Positions 11,003-26,388 of a stretch of DNA of 49,060 nucleotides are shown here, in pieces (position 1 is the first letter of the stretch; every line of letters begins with the position of its first letter). Source of the DNA: Hyphochytrium catenoides (taxonomy: Eukaryota > Protista > Hyphochytriomycota); the NCBI GenBank assembly GCA_900088475.1, contig FLMG01000641.1, forward strand, positions 1 to 49,060. Direction: 5' to 3'. The notes beneath the pieces were generated by a model. That model ran no database searches. It was not told the DNA's origin and was given only the letters and a program-made list of their open reading frames with translations. A program made the translations under genes and the position numbers.

Positions 11003-12713
11003 ATGTCTGCCGGTGGATATGGAGTACAGTGCGGCTTGCCCGTCAAAGTATGGCGCGAAGGGCAGATTTTGTGCGGACGGGTGACCATTAGCCGAGAGAG
11101 GAGTCCGGATCTGGCGGGGAAGCAGATTGAGTGGGTAGTTGTTCGACTTCATGGACACTACCTCTCCTCCTACAGCAACAGTTCGGCCACGTCGCTAGCC
11201 ACTCTTGCAGATGGTTATCAACCACCTATCGCCGTGTCGTTGGAAGGCGCCGGACAGGGTCAAGGACACCAAGCTTCTTCTCAGAACTTTGTAGCACAGG
11301 TTCCGGACTTTCGCAAGTATGCCGGAGAAAAAGGGCAATGCTTTCTCCACTCCCGACCAGGTGAATTCCTTGCACGGTCCTAGTACGGTGCTCTTGTCTA
11401 ACTTGCGATGGATCCCTTTAGGCTTTGTAGTCTACAACACCAGGTTGCCGCCACAGACGCAGCTCACGATGCAATTTGAGGTGCAGCTTCCTCACGATCT
11501 GCCCCCATCATCAAAGGGCGCTGCACTGCGGACTAGCTACTTCTTAGCACTATCTGCGAAAATTCAGGGAGCCCAGGCTGTCACCACCCATATGCCTCTG
11601 AGCATTTATAGTCGAGGATACTGCTTTGCACCGCTTACAAGCCCTAAAACCGTTTTGGTCCGGAACGCTATAGATAGACAAATTAGCCTGCTAGATCCTC
11701 TTTCCAAGCTTCCCAGTGGGTAGGTAGCCTCCATATAGTTACTTTTTTTAGCAAATAACGCTCTCTCACTCTAACTCATCTGTTCAAGGACTGTAATGGC
11801 GCCTTTCACAAGCTCAACGCCTAGTACACATTCATCATTAACACCCGAGCGACCGCTGACGGTGTTGCAGAGTCAGATGCATGGGCGAACGGATGCAGAG
11901 CTCCTCGGGACCGCGCAATGCCGGCAGTTTAATATCAGCCAAGGCGCAGACACGCTGGGCACAATGTCAGTCTATCGATCCTCCTACCTGCCCGGCGAGA
12001 CCATTCTGGGAAGCTTTGACTTTAGCCAAAGCACTATTTTATGCTATCAGGTCTCCGTAGGTATGCACTTGCTCCAAGTGATTTTCCTTCATAGCACTTC
12101 TCCCGGCTAATTCACAAGTTGCTTTGCAAGGGCTGGTGGCGCAAGAAGTCAACCCAGACTTTGCCGACTTTCAGCCTTCAAAAATTTTATCCTCGGAGGT
12201 GTTAGCTACCTGCCATCATTACACGTCCGCGGTCCAGCATTTTGCATTTAGTCTGGCCATTCCCCCGGACGCATCGCCGGGGTTCGTCACGGACCTTGTT
12301 TGCTTGCAGTGGAGGATTCAGTTCGACTTTCTCATTCGGAAGGAACCGAAAGATAAGGAGATCGTGCGGCCACCCACTTCCAAGGATGATTACCAGGTTA
12401 GCCCCCATTGGCCTACTGACGAGTGATGCCCCTGGTTGTGATGAAGGAGAAGAGGACGGGTAGATTTTGTCTCTAAAGGGCTGAAGAATAGTGAACGACA
12501 TTCCCGCATTCTCCCTCTCGACGCTCTCTTTCCTCCTGTCTGGGGTTCAGACTAAAATGGCATTTATTGATTCTTTCCTCTTAGAACCTGAGCTGGAGCA
12601 TACCCATTACAATCCGTATTCCCCCGTCCTCGGGGGTGGCACCCCAAACACTACTGCTTGGAGCTAAGGGTGAGGTATCTCTGCCAGTCACTTCTCGAGT
12701 GTTACGGCTGTAG
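11003..12713 (+). CDS. RGP1: RGP1, Rab6 GEF (Ric1-Rgp1) subunit
   Basis: LPHDLPPSSKGAALRTSY, YLPGETILGSFDF, FSLAIPPDASPGFVTDLVCLQWRIQFDF; last exon NLSWSIPITIRIPP...*. GT-AG introns are in phase. Confidence 0.85.
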
Positions 12714-12744
12714 ACAAAGCCCCCGTTAATAATAGAAAGTTGAG

Positions 12745-15700
12745 CTAAAAGTAGTCTTCCCTGAATCTATACATCTCCGATTTCAAGCGCCGCAACGAAC
12801 CCAGACAAACTAGCTGTGCTTCACGCGAGGCCCCAATCGTAACTTTACGGTAGAGAGAAAGTATGTCAGTGTCATGTAGGATAGAGGCGGGCCATACGAA
12901 GGGGAGACATACCACTGCTCATTGCCTGTAGATCTGTTACATAGGCGTCTAGATCCTTCATTAATAGGGGGCACACATCAGAGAATGATACGCGCTCTAG
13001 TTGGGGAGCACGCGGAGATGCTGCATACTTCAGCCATGTCACCATGACAAAGTGCCAGGATTCCAGCAAGTGCACCACCCAGACTGAATTGCTGTGCTTT
13101 TGGTAGAGAGCTTTGTACGTCTGGCAGAGAGGACACAGGGAAATAGCGATCAGAGTGCAAAAAAGTTTGTACGGCGGAAACGGGGTTTAGTGGCGTCCTG
13201 CATTTACCTCTTGAAGGACGAGGAAGGGTACCCCGACGTCAACCATGGCACCTGCCACCCAGTATTCGGCAGGAAGACTTGTGCTTTGTGGCCTGGACAT
13301 CTCTCTGAACCTCAGAGCAAAGGTTTCGAGTTCCTCACACAAGAATCTTACAGGAAAGCAGAAGTCTGAACCTGGAAGCCAAACAAGTTTGAATGAGAGA
13401 TTGAGGTTTCACGAGTAGACTCATAAGCAAGTTACCAAAAACGTATTACCTGGGTTGTACAGCTTACGGCCCAAAGCGACAAGCTTTCCTCTGAGAGCTG
13501 CGATCCATGTGGCGTCTTCGAAGGAGCTTTGAGTATATGATAACTCATCACCTTCCATATGGCATTGGGCCAACCATGCCGCCGTTTCTCTATCTCCGCT
13601 GGTACGAGGAACGAACCTGACAGTCGAGAAAAAGACAGCGCAGGTCCGGAAAAGGCGTCGTAGATTAAACAGGCAACTTGGTTATAGGTCGCTTTCTGCA
13701 GATTGATGACAGGTCTTGCCTGAGTATGATTCTCTTCCAGTGCCTCTGGATCAGCGCAGGGTCGTCGTGACGGCATTCGAACATGAGTGACAAGCACGAC
13801 TCCCACATCTGTTAGGAAAACATGGTGCCTGAGGTCAGTGCTCACAAGCAACATCTTCAAGAATCCAGAGCGCCAGACATATACACAGGCATCACAGAGT
13901 CCGGACATCACCTTGTATCTCGCTGCGAACTGATTGTACAACTTTGAGACGGAGAGGAGCTGGTAGGTGAGATGCCGAATATCACTCTCTCTCTCTTCTA
14001 ACTCTCGCATTCCTTGGCCACCTTCAAAGTCACGGGCATCCTTGCGGGCTTCAGTCTGTCGCTTCAGCTCATCCAATACCTGCTCAGACCAGTGAAACGT
14101 TACAAGCGATGCAGTCAATATGACCATCCAAACGGTCTTCATAAGAGCAAAGACTTGGGGATATCAGCAAGGGCATGAAGAGCGTGCAGTAATATCGTAA
14201 ACTCCCTCGTTGACTTCAGGATGGACACAGAGTGTTCGTTCTCGTCCTCTTCTATTTGCTCTCTCTACGAAAGCATGGGAACAAACGACAGCATTAGGTC
14301 TCTCATCATTCGCTCACCTCAAGCTGCAGCTTAGCTACATCTAACTTTTCTTGGAGGGCGAAAAGTCTGTCTCCATTACTCATGCCCTCAGCATCGAACG
14401 ATCCTGGTGCAGTAGAGGTACCGCTTTGCGCATACTGAATTGCCCTTGTCAAGTGCTGAATCCTTTCCATGAGTACAGGGTTTGCCTCCGGGTTAGGTTC
14501 CTCTCTATACGCAACAGGGGTAAGTACTATGTAAAACATTCTTTTCGTTTCCAGGAACATCAATCCCATCATCACCTGTGAGCAAGATATTCTTCTACCC
14601 TAGCAGCTTCCGCAAAGCGTTGATTCAGGACGTAGTGCTGGCACAGCAGCCCAGGGTTTCGCGATCGGAGGAAGTTCTCAATAAATCCGGATCGGGCCTT
14701 TACCTGTCAGAAACAAAGTTAGTTTAGGTGTTAAGGAGGGCCTCGAAGATAAAGTTTGTTGGTGACGGAAAGATGCCAGGCGGTAATGCTCTATTGGCGG
14801 TATAATGTGCATCTGAGAAGTACCAAAAGCTCCTCATGTCCTCTTTGAATTAGCCATGAACAAAGCTCCTCCTGGAAGAGAGTGTCGTCAGAGGCAAGAC
14901 TCCGGTTGAGACTTTTCAAGGCCTCCATTTCCTTCTCTTCGGGAGACAACGACAGCGCAAGGGTCCCGCTTGTCACTGCCAAGGATGCTTGTGGACAAGA
15001 AACAACGTCAGTACGAGTCCAGCACCTACAGCTGATATCCCTCATTACCAGAGCTGCCTACTCCGCCACCCTTGCTGCCTCCCTCTAGTAACTCCTGTAA
15101 GAGGTCCAAGACGCAGTTGTAGCACTCTCGTCGGCACGTGATGCTACGTTCTTCTTCCGTGGAGCCATGAGGAACCAAAGGCAGACAAGACGTATCAGAA
15201 ACCTACGATCACCATAGAGAAAGGGAGAGACATGAGTAACAACCAACAGATAAGCCCATCGTCATCAATACAGTTTGACACTGGATCCTCCCAGCAGGAG
15301 TAGCTCACATGAGCATTTCCAGGAGACAGAAAGATGCGCCTATGCTGTCTTCTGACGTAGACTCACCGCTGCCTCCGGACGACGGGAAACGTCCCCACGA
15401 GCGTATGTGAATGCCAACCGCAGAGACAAGTCCACTACGCCCTTGAAATAATTCAAAGCTCTACAAAGCTCGGGTCACCCACTAATAATTGGCGAGTAGA
15501 AGACAGCGTGAGAACAGAACTCACCGGTACTCCATGCAGATGTCCCGCAAAGCATTGACGTAGCTTGCTGATGTCCAGTATTCTGCAGCCTGGCAGGAGT
15601 AATATATGGAGAAAGTCAAGGTTCACGTCAGGAGAGACGGTTGCCGTAGGAAGACAATTGACAACATAGGCAAGTGAGAACTCAGAAAAGAGGATGACAA

Positions 15701-18700
15701 TCCCCATACAATGAAATAACCGCCAATATGTGCCGGCAGATGAAGTACGGAAAGCCGCCAAGTGGAACAGGACGTAACGACTTCCAAGCGAATAGAGGCA
15801 GGGCCCATCGCACCGTCATGAACTCCTTCAGGCTTTCCTCCAGGAGTGTGTCCCTCTCATACTCATTCTGTGTTTTCTTTGCCTGTTGCAACAGCTCCTG
15901 GCCGCGATACTGTAGGAGGTCCCCGAGAGAGAAAAATGACGAGCTCTGGACCCTGAGTAGCTCCGACAGGGAACTCGCCTCCCCTCCGTCATCAGCTACT
16001 GCGGCCATTAGCCGTTCCACTATAGACCTTGCAGCGTCATCTCCCTCGGGAGTTGTAACAAAGTCGGCAAATGTGACCTAAACAGAGCACGCGTCGCACC
16101 AACTACTTAGACATTATAAGTGCAGTCGAGAGTGCAGAGAAGCTCCCAGCTTGTCCATATAGCAGAGCTTAGGGTGTCGTCAAGAACATCCGCCTTACCC
16201 TTGCCAGCAGTTTGCTACCAAAAATCTTGTGCGCTTTCTCTTCCACGCGTGGTGTCGTCCGCTCAACGTAGTTACAGGCAACAATAAGAAGGGATAGGCC
16301 TTCAACACAGCGGACGACTAAGCGATACAGTGATGCAAGGGAGCGTTGTTCCGTCCTAAGGGCATTCTCTTTTTTCACTCTCTCCAGCTGTTCTTGTTGA
16401 GAATGCAGCGCAAGGACTCGGGTAAGAAGATTGCCCCTTGACGGCTTCGAGAAGTCATCAAGCGCTGGATTGTCGTCTCTGTTAATGGCCAAAGCATAAG
16501 GGGTGGCAGTCTCCATAAATCGCTGCAGTTGCCAAAGAGGCTCCTTCATTTCCTCCAAGAGTGACCTAACACCGAAGATTAGAAGCAAAGAACGCAGAGT
16601 GAAAAAGACGTCAATCGGATCTGCTATTCCTGTCTGTCACTCTTTCTACGACTCTCCGCCCTCCAATCTTTCATCAGTTTCCTTCAGCTGATGCTCCTCA
16701 CGTTCTCTTTTACAATTTTGACCTGATGAGGTGAGACCTATCGTCCTCTGCCTTCCTTGCCAAATACGGTGCACGCTTACCTAGTGAACCTGCTCACTTG
16801 TACATTCTCCTTTGGCTTCGTAGGTGCTCCCAACAGGAGTTTCGACGAAACAGACGACGTGCCTTCGGACTTGGAGGGAATTTCTCGTGCGAGGCTGCAG
16901 TTCCAGAGCGGACGAAGAAGGCGACACAAGAAGAGGCACAGCCCATTATGGTGGCCAGACATGTAGATATCATCGTGCATAACAACAGCACTACCCGACG
17001 ACATTGGTCGATAGTCTGAGGCACGGTTGTCGTGATGCCGACAGAAGCATCGAGTTAGTGCAGAGTAAACTACCCTTGGTTCGCTAATGAAAGATAAGGA
17101 CGCAGAGAAACCTCCGGCATAAGCATTGAATGCGAAAATGACAACGCAATAATGACAACTGACGGTCAAGAGGAGTAGTTAGGTAGACAGAGGGGGAGAA
17201 TGGACAAAGAACTTTGCTGGCGACTGGATGCGCTTTGTCTCAAGAGGACGGTCCGGCTTACCCATAACACCCGGATGACCCCCAAAATCGAAGATCGCCC
17301 TAATCGCTCTGCCTTTTATTAATGCCTGGGTCTGAGAGTCAATGCCTCCTGGCGACATCATGGTGTCACTTCTTCCGCTTCCAGTCCCTTTAGCTGAGAC
17401 TATGGAGGTAAAGATATCCCTTGGGACGCCACAGGCAAGAGAGAAGAGCATCGCACAAGTCTGGTCCACCCCAAAATATCGGAAAAAAGTTTCCAGCTGG
17501 TAGCTGTCGTGTTGTCTACTGGCAAGGATCTGGAAAAGATAATCCAGTGGTCGGACTTTGGTCAGCACATGCAATGAACGTGTTGTCAGGCAGAGAAAAG
17601 TAGCTCGAGAGCCGAGGTGCTGCGAAGCAAGGTCATGTAGATCTGGAAGCTGGTTCCTGCAGTGACAGCAAGAGGTATTCACCGGAACAGAAGACGACGA
17701 AGAGCATCAATTCATTAGTCTGTTGTCCTTAATCAGCACTGAGGGCTTTCAGACTGACACGTCAACTAACGCAGACAATTAGCTCATAGCGTTCCTAGCC
17801 CATAACTGCATGAGGCTGAACAAAGGTTACGGGGTTGGAAATGCTAACAGAGGGGAGTATGACGGACGGCACACAGTCTTCAGGGAGCACGCAATAAGAT
17901 GGTCATATTTCCAGGTGGATCAGCTCTAATTGCATCTTACCCTTGGCCGGTTGAAGTGGTTGATAATACGCGCTTGGAGCCAGTGATGAACCCTTGCCCT
18001 TGTAAGTCGGATTCCTGGTATGCATCCGGCTGTGCATAGTCGGGAGCTTCGGCTATCGCCCATACCTTTCCCGGTATAGACACACGGGTCACAGCCTCCC
18101 TAAAGCCTAATCAAGGACAAGTAAAGAGGTGGTGGGTGTTAAGCTCTTCGTTGCTGATCAAGGAAGAGCCTTGAATTGCGGGCTCACCAATCTTCTTGTG
18201 CGTCTGGTATGGAACTCCAACAGATCTATTGGTGATAAGATCCCTGCTTACCGCAACCATGTTGTCTGTCCTCTCTGGCACTGAGTCTGCAAGGAGGAGA
18301 ATGCCGTGACGATAGAAGGAGGTGTAAACGTTGGCAGGACTTTTGCCGGGCACAATGGCAGGAGGAAGACCCTCAAATGGCTCCCTTTGCTCATGTGACG
18401 CAGGAGGATCTACTGTGGGAGGTGGCAATCGTATGTGTACAACCTCTAAGGTAGTTGGGCTTCGCTCTCGACCTGATCTTTGAACATCCATTGGCGGCAA
18501 TCCTGCAGTACCGATGCTACGAGGGTCAAGCCCCTTTCTGTCAATCCCAGCACCCATCAAGGTATTCTGACTCCCTGTAGCCCCCGCATTAAGAGGTACC
18601 AGGGAGGATTGTGGTTCGGGTCCAGGGACTAGGGCTGAAGACGGAAACGTAGTGAAGTAGAAGCGAATGCCTAAAGAGGACACCGCAATGAGGTGCACCG

Positions 18701-19781
18701 CTCGAGATTCTGCAGTGGGAATGACAGAGAGCCCAACAATCTGCTGAACATTTCTGCCTTCAAAAAGCTGGCTGTCTGGACAGTTCGCACTCCGGCGATG
18801 ATTCCTGGCACAGAAAGTGGCCGCTTCTCTGAAGACATTACGATTTGTAACGCGCTGGAGGGCTTCTCCACTGTCTCCAAGGTCGTAAACGTCCAGGGAT
18901 CCGGTGGCGCTAATAGTGTAAAGGATATTTCTTTCGTTGTCCAATGCAATATCAACGAGTGGATCTGAGCTTCCAGAGCCCAGATTTCTTATAAATGAGG
19001 GGAGAAAGCCGGTGAGGGGGGAAGACGAGTGGTTGAGCTTGCGGCACTTCTTGGACCACCCCATGTAGCTGTTTAGTCCCTCATCTCCGTCATAGACTAG
19101 CTCGTACAAGCCACCATCCTTACCGGCCATAAAAATCCGCCCTACCTTTGTACCGACGATCTTCAGCATATTGACATTATCGGAAGGGACAGAGAATTGC
19201 GTGGGTCTGAGGATCAGATTGCCAAGCAGAACGTCGTCGTTCTCAAAAGAGACGGCAAGCAGTACCACTTCCACAGGTGTAGCAATGACCAACAAGAACT
19301 TTACAAAGTCCTTGAAGACTGCTGACCGAGGGCGGACGAGCCCTACAGATACAATGACCTGATCTAAACCGTCGTACATTGTGAAGTCTTCTCCATTGGC
19401 GTAGTTCCAGATAAAGAGCTTGTTGTCAATGGAGAGCCAGGCGCGATTGATCTCTGGCAAGAGGTCCATCAAGGACAGCACTTCCAGCTCGCTATACTGG
19501 TCCAAGAGAGCTTGTGGAACTTGCTTTGTAGACGTCAGCTCTACCGGTGGGCTCCAAAGAGAGTGATAGGGCTCAAAAAAATAGTTGTGCCGCTCAGATT
19601 CATCATTTAGCTGGTCCAGAAGCTCCGGATGCTTGCCATCAGCAAACATGTGCTGATTGATCACCTTCCCTGCATCAGATAGGCGCCCGTAGTCTATACG
19701 GTGCTTCCGGGAGGTGGTCGGCCTAGCATTTTCACCGACTCCATTCCGGGATGCAGCTCGGCCCGTGGAAATAGGCTCCAT
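12745..19781 (-). CDS. NUP155: Nucleoporin Nup155/Nup170
   Basis: PEINRAWLSIDNKLFIWNY, GRIFMAGKDGGLYELVY, KKCRKLNHS, HLIAVSSLGIRFY, RPLDYLFQIL, LLSVSKLYNQFA. Many GT-AG introns; last exon ends ...FREDYF*. Not every internal junction was checked. Confidence 0.95.
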
Positions 19782-20510
19782 AGCTATGTCAGGGCTGAAC
19801 AACAGCCCGTTCTCGCTCTAGCTGCAGTCTTATAGAGGAAAGTAGGGACCTGCGTTGGGACCTGCGTTAACAGAAGACAGACTTTATAGACCAGGCTGCC
19901 TTTTGAACTCGATGTGGCGCACCTGGCTACCCACACGACCGGACCCCGCCTCTGGACTGCGGAGTAGCGTGGCGACCTGATCTCCGCTATGAAGACTGGG
20001 GGAGTCGAGCGCCAGCTAGTTTGTGCGCTTGCCTCTATGTCCCTTCTCTTTCATAGGCACTGGCTGCGGCTGACTATCGCGCTGGGATCTGCGACCACCG
20101 TCTCCTCCTGCAGATCCTGTGCAAACATCTCCCAACATCCTCTTCATCCTCCTCCTTCCCCTTCGCATCGCCACACCTTGCCCTTCAGCAGCGCCAGTCC
20201 TCCCCCGGGAGATATCCAAATTTCTCTGTAGTTTACCTGTACAGTTCGCCTTACAGAGGGACGATCAGAACTCAAGCCGTTGTTTATTGCTGGGAGCTCT
20301 ATCTCAGCGACTCACTGTAGGAGACCCAATAGTCTTTCTACTCTCAGAAGATCCATCATCGTGCCTTCTACCTTCTTCAAGACCTCGTCATAGACATTCC
20401 ATGAGTTCGAACGGGGAGATAATTTTGTGAGACTCTCTCCTCTGGGCCGCACGGGCGTCAGTGCATAAAGCTTTACTTCCAAAGACTTAGAGGAGGACAG
20501 CTTCATCACC

Positions 20511-22078
20511 ATGCACCGCTTGCCAGATAATGGCCTATTGAGGTTTGAGGGCAGGCATCGTCCGCCACCACCCTTGCTAGTAGGAGAACCCGGCAGCTTC
20601 GCGCAGCTCTCGATGAAGGACAGAGTACCTCGTGCAGCCCTAGACATCTGCGATCAGATGAAAGATGAACTTACAAATGAGCAGATTGAACGTCTTAGGG
20701 GTGTTTATGATGGCCTGATCAACGATTCCCTCATTCCTGAACTAGCTACAGAGCGGGAGGCTGGGGAGCAGGACAAGTATTGGAGAAAGTACGCAGGGAA
20801 ACGGTGGTCGGAGCTCCCATGGTTCGTGGCAGAGGTGTACCTCTATCGTGTCCTCTTAGAGTTCTCTGGCTACTATGAGACCAACAAGGATCCGTTCTAC
20901 TACAGGTATGCTCGTACAACAATCAAGCTGCATTGGCTGTAGCTGACCAACTGAATAGCAAACTGGGAGAACTGCAGAAGCCATCAACTTGGTCTCTTCT
21001 CTGCGGAGCGCTAGAAGGTGTGCAGAAGGTCGAACGAAGATATGCACTGAAAAGCTTACTGAGCTTCAGTCTCTGGGGAAATCGAGCAGACGGCTGCTAT
21101 AAGAAGGTTCATTTCGATACGTCCTTAAGGCAACTCCACCGTGATAGTGATCAATCTTCTTCTTTGCTTTAGGTAGCAGACGCGACTGGCACCCGAATAG
21201 AGCTGACTGTGGAGCAGAACAATCTCTTGATTGACGATTCTGAGAAGGTCATTAATCATTTGGAGACCGGGACAGGCCCAAAGAATGTCGCTGTCATTAC
21301 CGATAACAGCGGCGTGGAGGTAACGTGCAAATGATTGACGTCAGGGTTGGCACGTGCACCTAATGCTGCTTTCTCAGCTTCTGATGGATCTTGCCCTAGT
21401 GGATCACCTTCTTTCAGCGGTCAGTACATGAAATGCCTTCATGGCTCTTTTGACTTTGTTGGCCTCTCCTATCGTGCTGACGCTTCTTTGGGCTGATTCC
21501 TACAGAACTGGGCTGCTATTGTGGACTTGCATGTCAAGGCTCATCCTACCTTTGTCTCAGATGCCACAGAGGCAGACGTGCGATGGACCATTGAATACAT
21601 CGCAGCCGTAGCTACAGGCGCGCACTCAGTTGGCTTGGAAGGGGAGGACGATAGGGAGGTGCTAAGCGCTCTTGCACGCCGGTTGGCACTATATCTCAGA
21701 GAGGACAGACTGAGATTGACATCAAACGCTTTCTGGAATAGCCCACTTTTTTTCTGGGACATGCCTACATTTCTCTATGAGCAGTTACAGCCATATCACC
21801 TCATCATTCTCAAGGGTGACGCGAACTACCGCCGGTTGCTAGGAGACAGCCGATGGCCAGCCACCCTAAGGATGCAGGATATCGTAGATTATTTCCCTGC
21901 ACCTTTCGTGAGTCTGCGTACACTCAAGTCGGACGCGGTAGTCGGGATAACTGCTGAAGAACTGGAGAGACTGAACGAGACCGATACGGAATGGAGATTT
22001 AATGGCAGACGCGGCGTTATACAAGCAGTACTTAGCCCTAGCGCTACTAATGCAAGATCTGCTTCTACCATCGCGTAG
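20511..22078 (+). CDS. ARMT1: ARMT1/DUF89 damage-control phosphatase
   Basis: WSELPWFVAEVYLYR, SLWGNRAD, ITDNSGVELLMDL, HVKAHPTFVSD, LKGDANYRRLLGD, LRTLKSD. Four GT-AG introns were checked and are in frame. Confidence 0.92.
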
Positions 22079-22391
22079 AAGGGCGAGGACTAGCAGAGGC
22101 AAATGCCAAGGGTAAAGGGGTGCTGGGTCACAATATGTGATGCTGGGTCATAGTACAGAAGACTAGAGGCTCGGACAGGACCTGAGCTCCGTTCCACTTT
22201 CCTCAAGTCTTGGGTGGCAGACTTTACTCTGCTCAAACCTGCCCTTCCTATCATCCGCTGAAGTCCCTTATGTCGTCCTTGAAGTGGATGGCCGCACCAT
22301 CTAGAATAGGGCAGTGCGTTCTCCCCACCTCCGCCGATGATAGCAGAATGGGAGGAAGATGTAAGAATATATGGGCTTGCTCGTCTTCGCT

Positions 22392-22892
22392 CTAGTACTC
22401 CCGAGGTCTTGCTGGGGCCATGGCTGGGTTCTGCTGCGTTGGGTCAGGGTGGGCCTCAGCCTCCCTGTAGAGTGTCCATAGAATGGTCTGTCCAGCTCCG
22501 GTCATGCCACAAAGCTTGAACCCAATGGTGGAGAGTCTGTCGAGCACTATTCGCGGGCACTGCGGTGTAGAATAATGCCTGGTAGTAGCGAGAAAGGATC
22601 AGCGTCACTTCACAGTCTAGGTTTGCAGCGCTCCTATCCCTTCCTAACTTACTTATACGTTTGACAGTTGCTTTGAACCAGCTTGGCACCTAGAAACTGA
22701 AGGAGCCAGAAGAGAGGCATTAGTAGCTTATGACCCCCGAGCAAGAAGGTCAAGGGTGAGGACAGTCGGAGGAATGTCTTTGAGACTTGAAGCTGCCTAG
22801 TGTACCTCCATCAGCCCAAGATCTGAATCAGAGTCTCCCACCACGGTAGGGCCGCGAGTGTAGTTGATCTCCGTGGATATCACGATGTACAT
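22392..22892 (-). CDS. GCHFR: GTP cyclohydrolase I feedback regulatory protein (GFRP)
   Basis: Exons 22892-22806, 22696-22653 and 22578-22392 splice to MYIVISTEINYTRGPTVVGDSDSDLGLMEFLGAKLVQSNCQTYKHYSTPQCPRIVLDRLSTIGFKLCGMTGAGQTILWTLYRE...*. This is collinear with mammalian GFRP (MPYLLISTQIRMEVGPTMVGD...PRIVLDKL...MTGVGQTLVWCLHKE). Confidence 0.92.
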
Positions 22893-23589
22893 TGCTGAGA
22901 GACTGCGAGAATTACGCTGCTTTTCCTCACCCTTCTTCCGACGGTCAGCCTCCAGCACTCTAAAGCTTGATTGCCGTCTCTCTGTTGCTCTTTACTGAGA
23001 GCACTCTCCAATGTACCAAGAGATAGAGACGACAGGCAAGAGAAGAAGTGGTGGCGCAATTAGTTCTGTTGGGAGATGATGCGCAGGGACCTGAGTCTAA
23101 ACGAGTCGATCCTAGAGCAAGAACCTTCTCCCTCGGCAACCTCGTAGTTGAAGTACAAACAGAGCTTTCGACAAGCATCAGCTCCTCAGACCGCACCGGA
23201 GCCGCAAACGGTGATGTTCGAGAATTCCTGTTGAAGTTGCCCATCCAAAAGCACCAATGAACTAGGAAGCAATCTCCTTTCTCTTACATTGCTCCAACAA
23301 CTCTCTGTCTTCCTCCGTCATCATGTGAAGGAGGGCAGAGTTCCCTGCTCTGTAGATGTTTGCTGTACATACGTTCTTGGCTGGCTCCTTATTACCTGCC
23401 TTGGTAGAGCAATAGAGTTATTTATATGAGGCCATCAATGTGTCCATAAATATTAAGCTGTCCATTGACGGGCTATCTTCCATGTCTTCTGCCAATCTGT
23501 CTCTCTCTCTCTCGCTGTCTCAGCTCTGTCCTCCCTGCTCTCATTTGTCCTTGGCCTCCCTGTCTCTCTGTCTGTTTCTCCCTTAGTAC

Positions 23590-23865
23590 AGTCGTACTCC
23601 TAGAATGCGGATGAAGCGCGTAGACGACCCGCTACGACTCTGGCAGGCGGCCTCTCCTTCAGCGTCATCGTATGGTCAACTCTTCTCTTTCCCACTTGCG
23701 TGAGTCTCGTCCGCTGAACACCTCAGCGACTCCTCATCAGTGTCGCCACATCTGCGGTGTGTCATAATGATGGCGTTTGGCACAGCCTCCGGCTTGCTCT
23801 TGGCTTATGTCCTAAACATGATTGCTCTTAAGCTCCGAGTCGCGCCACGCTCAATCTACAAGGTG
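23590..23865 (+). CDS. Possible exons of a small membrane protein (model not resolved)
   Basis: Hydrophobic segments TTLAGGLSFSVIVWSTLLFPTC (then GTGAGT) and FGTASGLLLAYVLNMIALKLRVAPRSIYK (then GTGG) each end at a donor-like site. No complete model or family was recognised. Confidence 0.3.
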
Positions 23866-24493
23866 GATATGCTCCACATTAGGATAACCTGTCCTTGCGC
23901 TTCATCACTCGCACCAACTCTCTCATTGTCCGCCATTGGCCAGCGGCAGTAGCTGGGGCCCAGGTGTAATGAAGTTGTGCAGGGCTACTGCGCTTATCTA
24001 TGAGTCTTTGTATTTAGATGAGTTATCTCCTCTCACTGGGATGCTAGCCTCTGCGACCCGTCGTGGTCAATGGACGTACCATATGGGCCGGACCCTCATC
24101 TTATAGGCAACGCTTTATCCGGTCCAAGCTTATGCTGCTTGCAAGGATACCCGTCATACCTTCCGTCCAGAGACTGCCGCATCCAGCCGCTTTCCACGCC
24201 TTCTAACCCCAAAAAAATATGCCCCATGGGTTGGTTACTGCTGCCCAGCCATGACAGTGTGACCTGCGTTATCGTTGCTCTCTACTTCTGCATGGCATCC
24301 AAGAATCCGTCCCACGCGAGACATCTGTCCAGGCTGAAGACGTAAGATTGACAAGAAGATAATTCTTTGCCTCACTTAGCCTCTGAGCATGGTAGCCACG
24401 AATAGGCCAAGCATGAGGCTGAAAGGATTCCTTGTGGCGAGGACTCTTGAGCTAGCTCCAATCATTCTCTTACTTCACGGCAGCCATGGGCTT

Positions 24494-25702
<1,209 letters not shown>

Positions 25703-26388
25703 GACCTGCAGTGCTTCCTGGTACACGGCATCAAGGAAACTCCTCCGGCGGCAAGCCACGTGCTAAAACTGTCCCGGAGCGTCGAGGAGCTCGTTGCCTG
25801 CCTTACAAGTTCTCCTACCGACGCGTCACGAGGGCTGCTCACCTTAGTAACACTGATGACTGATGTACCTCCTAGAGAACGGAAAGGAAAGGAAAGAAGC
25901 AGCCTGCTGTACACAGCAGCAGCAGGAGGAGACGAGGGAAGAAGCAACAGCGGCTCATCGACACATGGAGACAAGGGCCAGGGCCCAGAGGCCAGGAGCC
26001 ATCATCATCAGAAGCTCTGGTTGGCTGTATCGGGCCGATCCAGGGGTAGGTCTGGCTGGAAGCGCCAGTAGAGACAACTCCTTGCCTTCCTGTGCATTCC
26101 TACTCCCGCGTCAGCCGCAGTGGATTGTCAAGGCTCATCAGATCTCATCCCAAGGAACGGCGTGACACAGCTTCTCCTCGACAGCTGTTTCAGTTGCCCA
26201 TGAGCAGCCGCGCTGTCACGTCAATGCACTGAGATCGTCGATTAGCACGGTGCTGGGGATCCCAAAGGTTAGTGGTGACGATTACAGGCAAAACTTTAAC
26301 GAGCGTCCTCAGCGCTTGAAGGAGCTATCCTTTGTGGCTGTCGATTGTCCCGCAGATCCTGTAGAGTTTGATCCGTCCAAAAGGAGTC

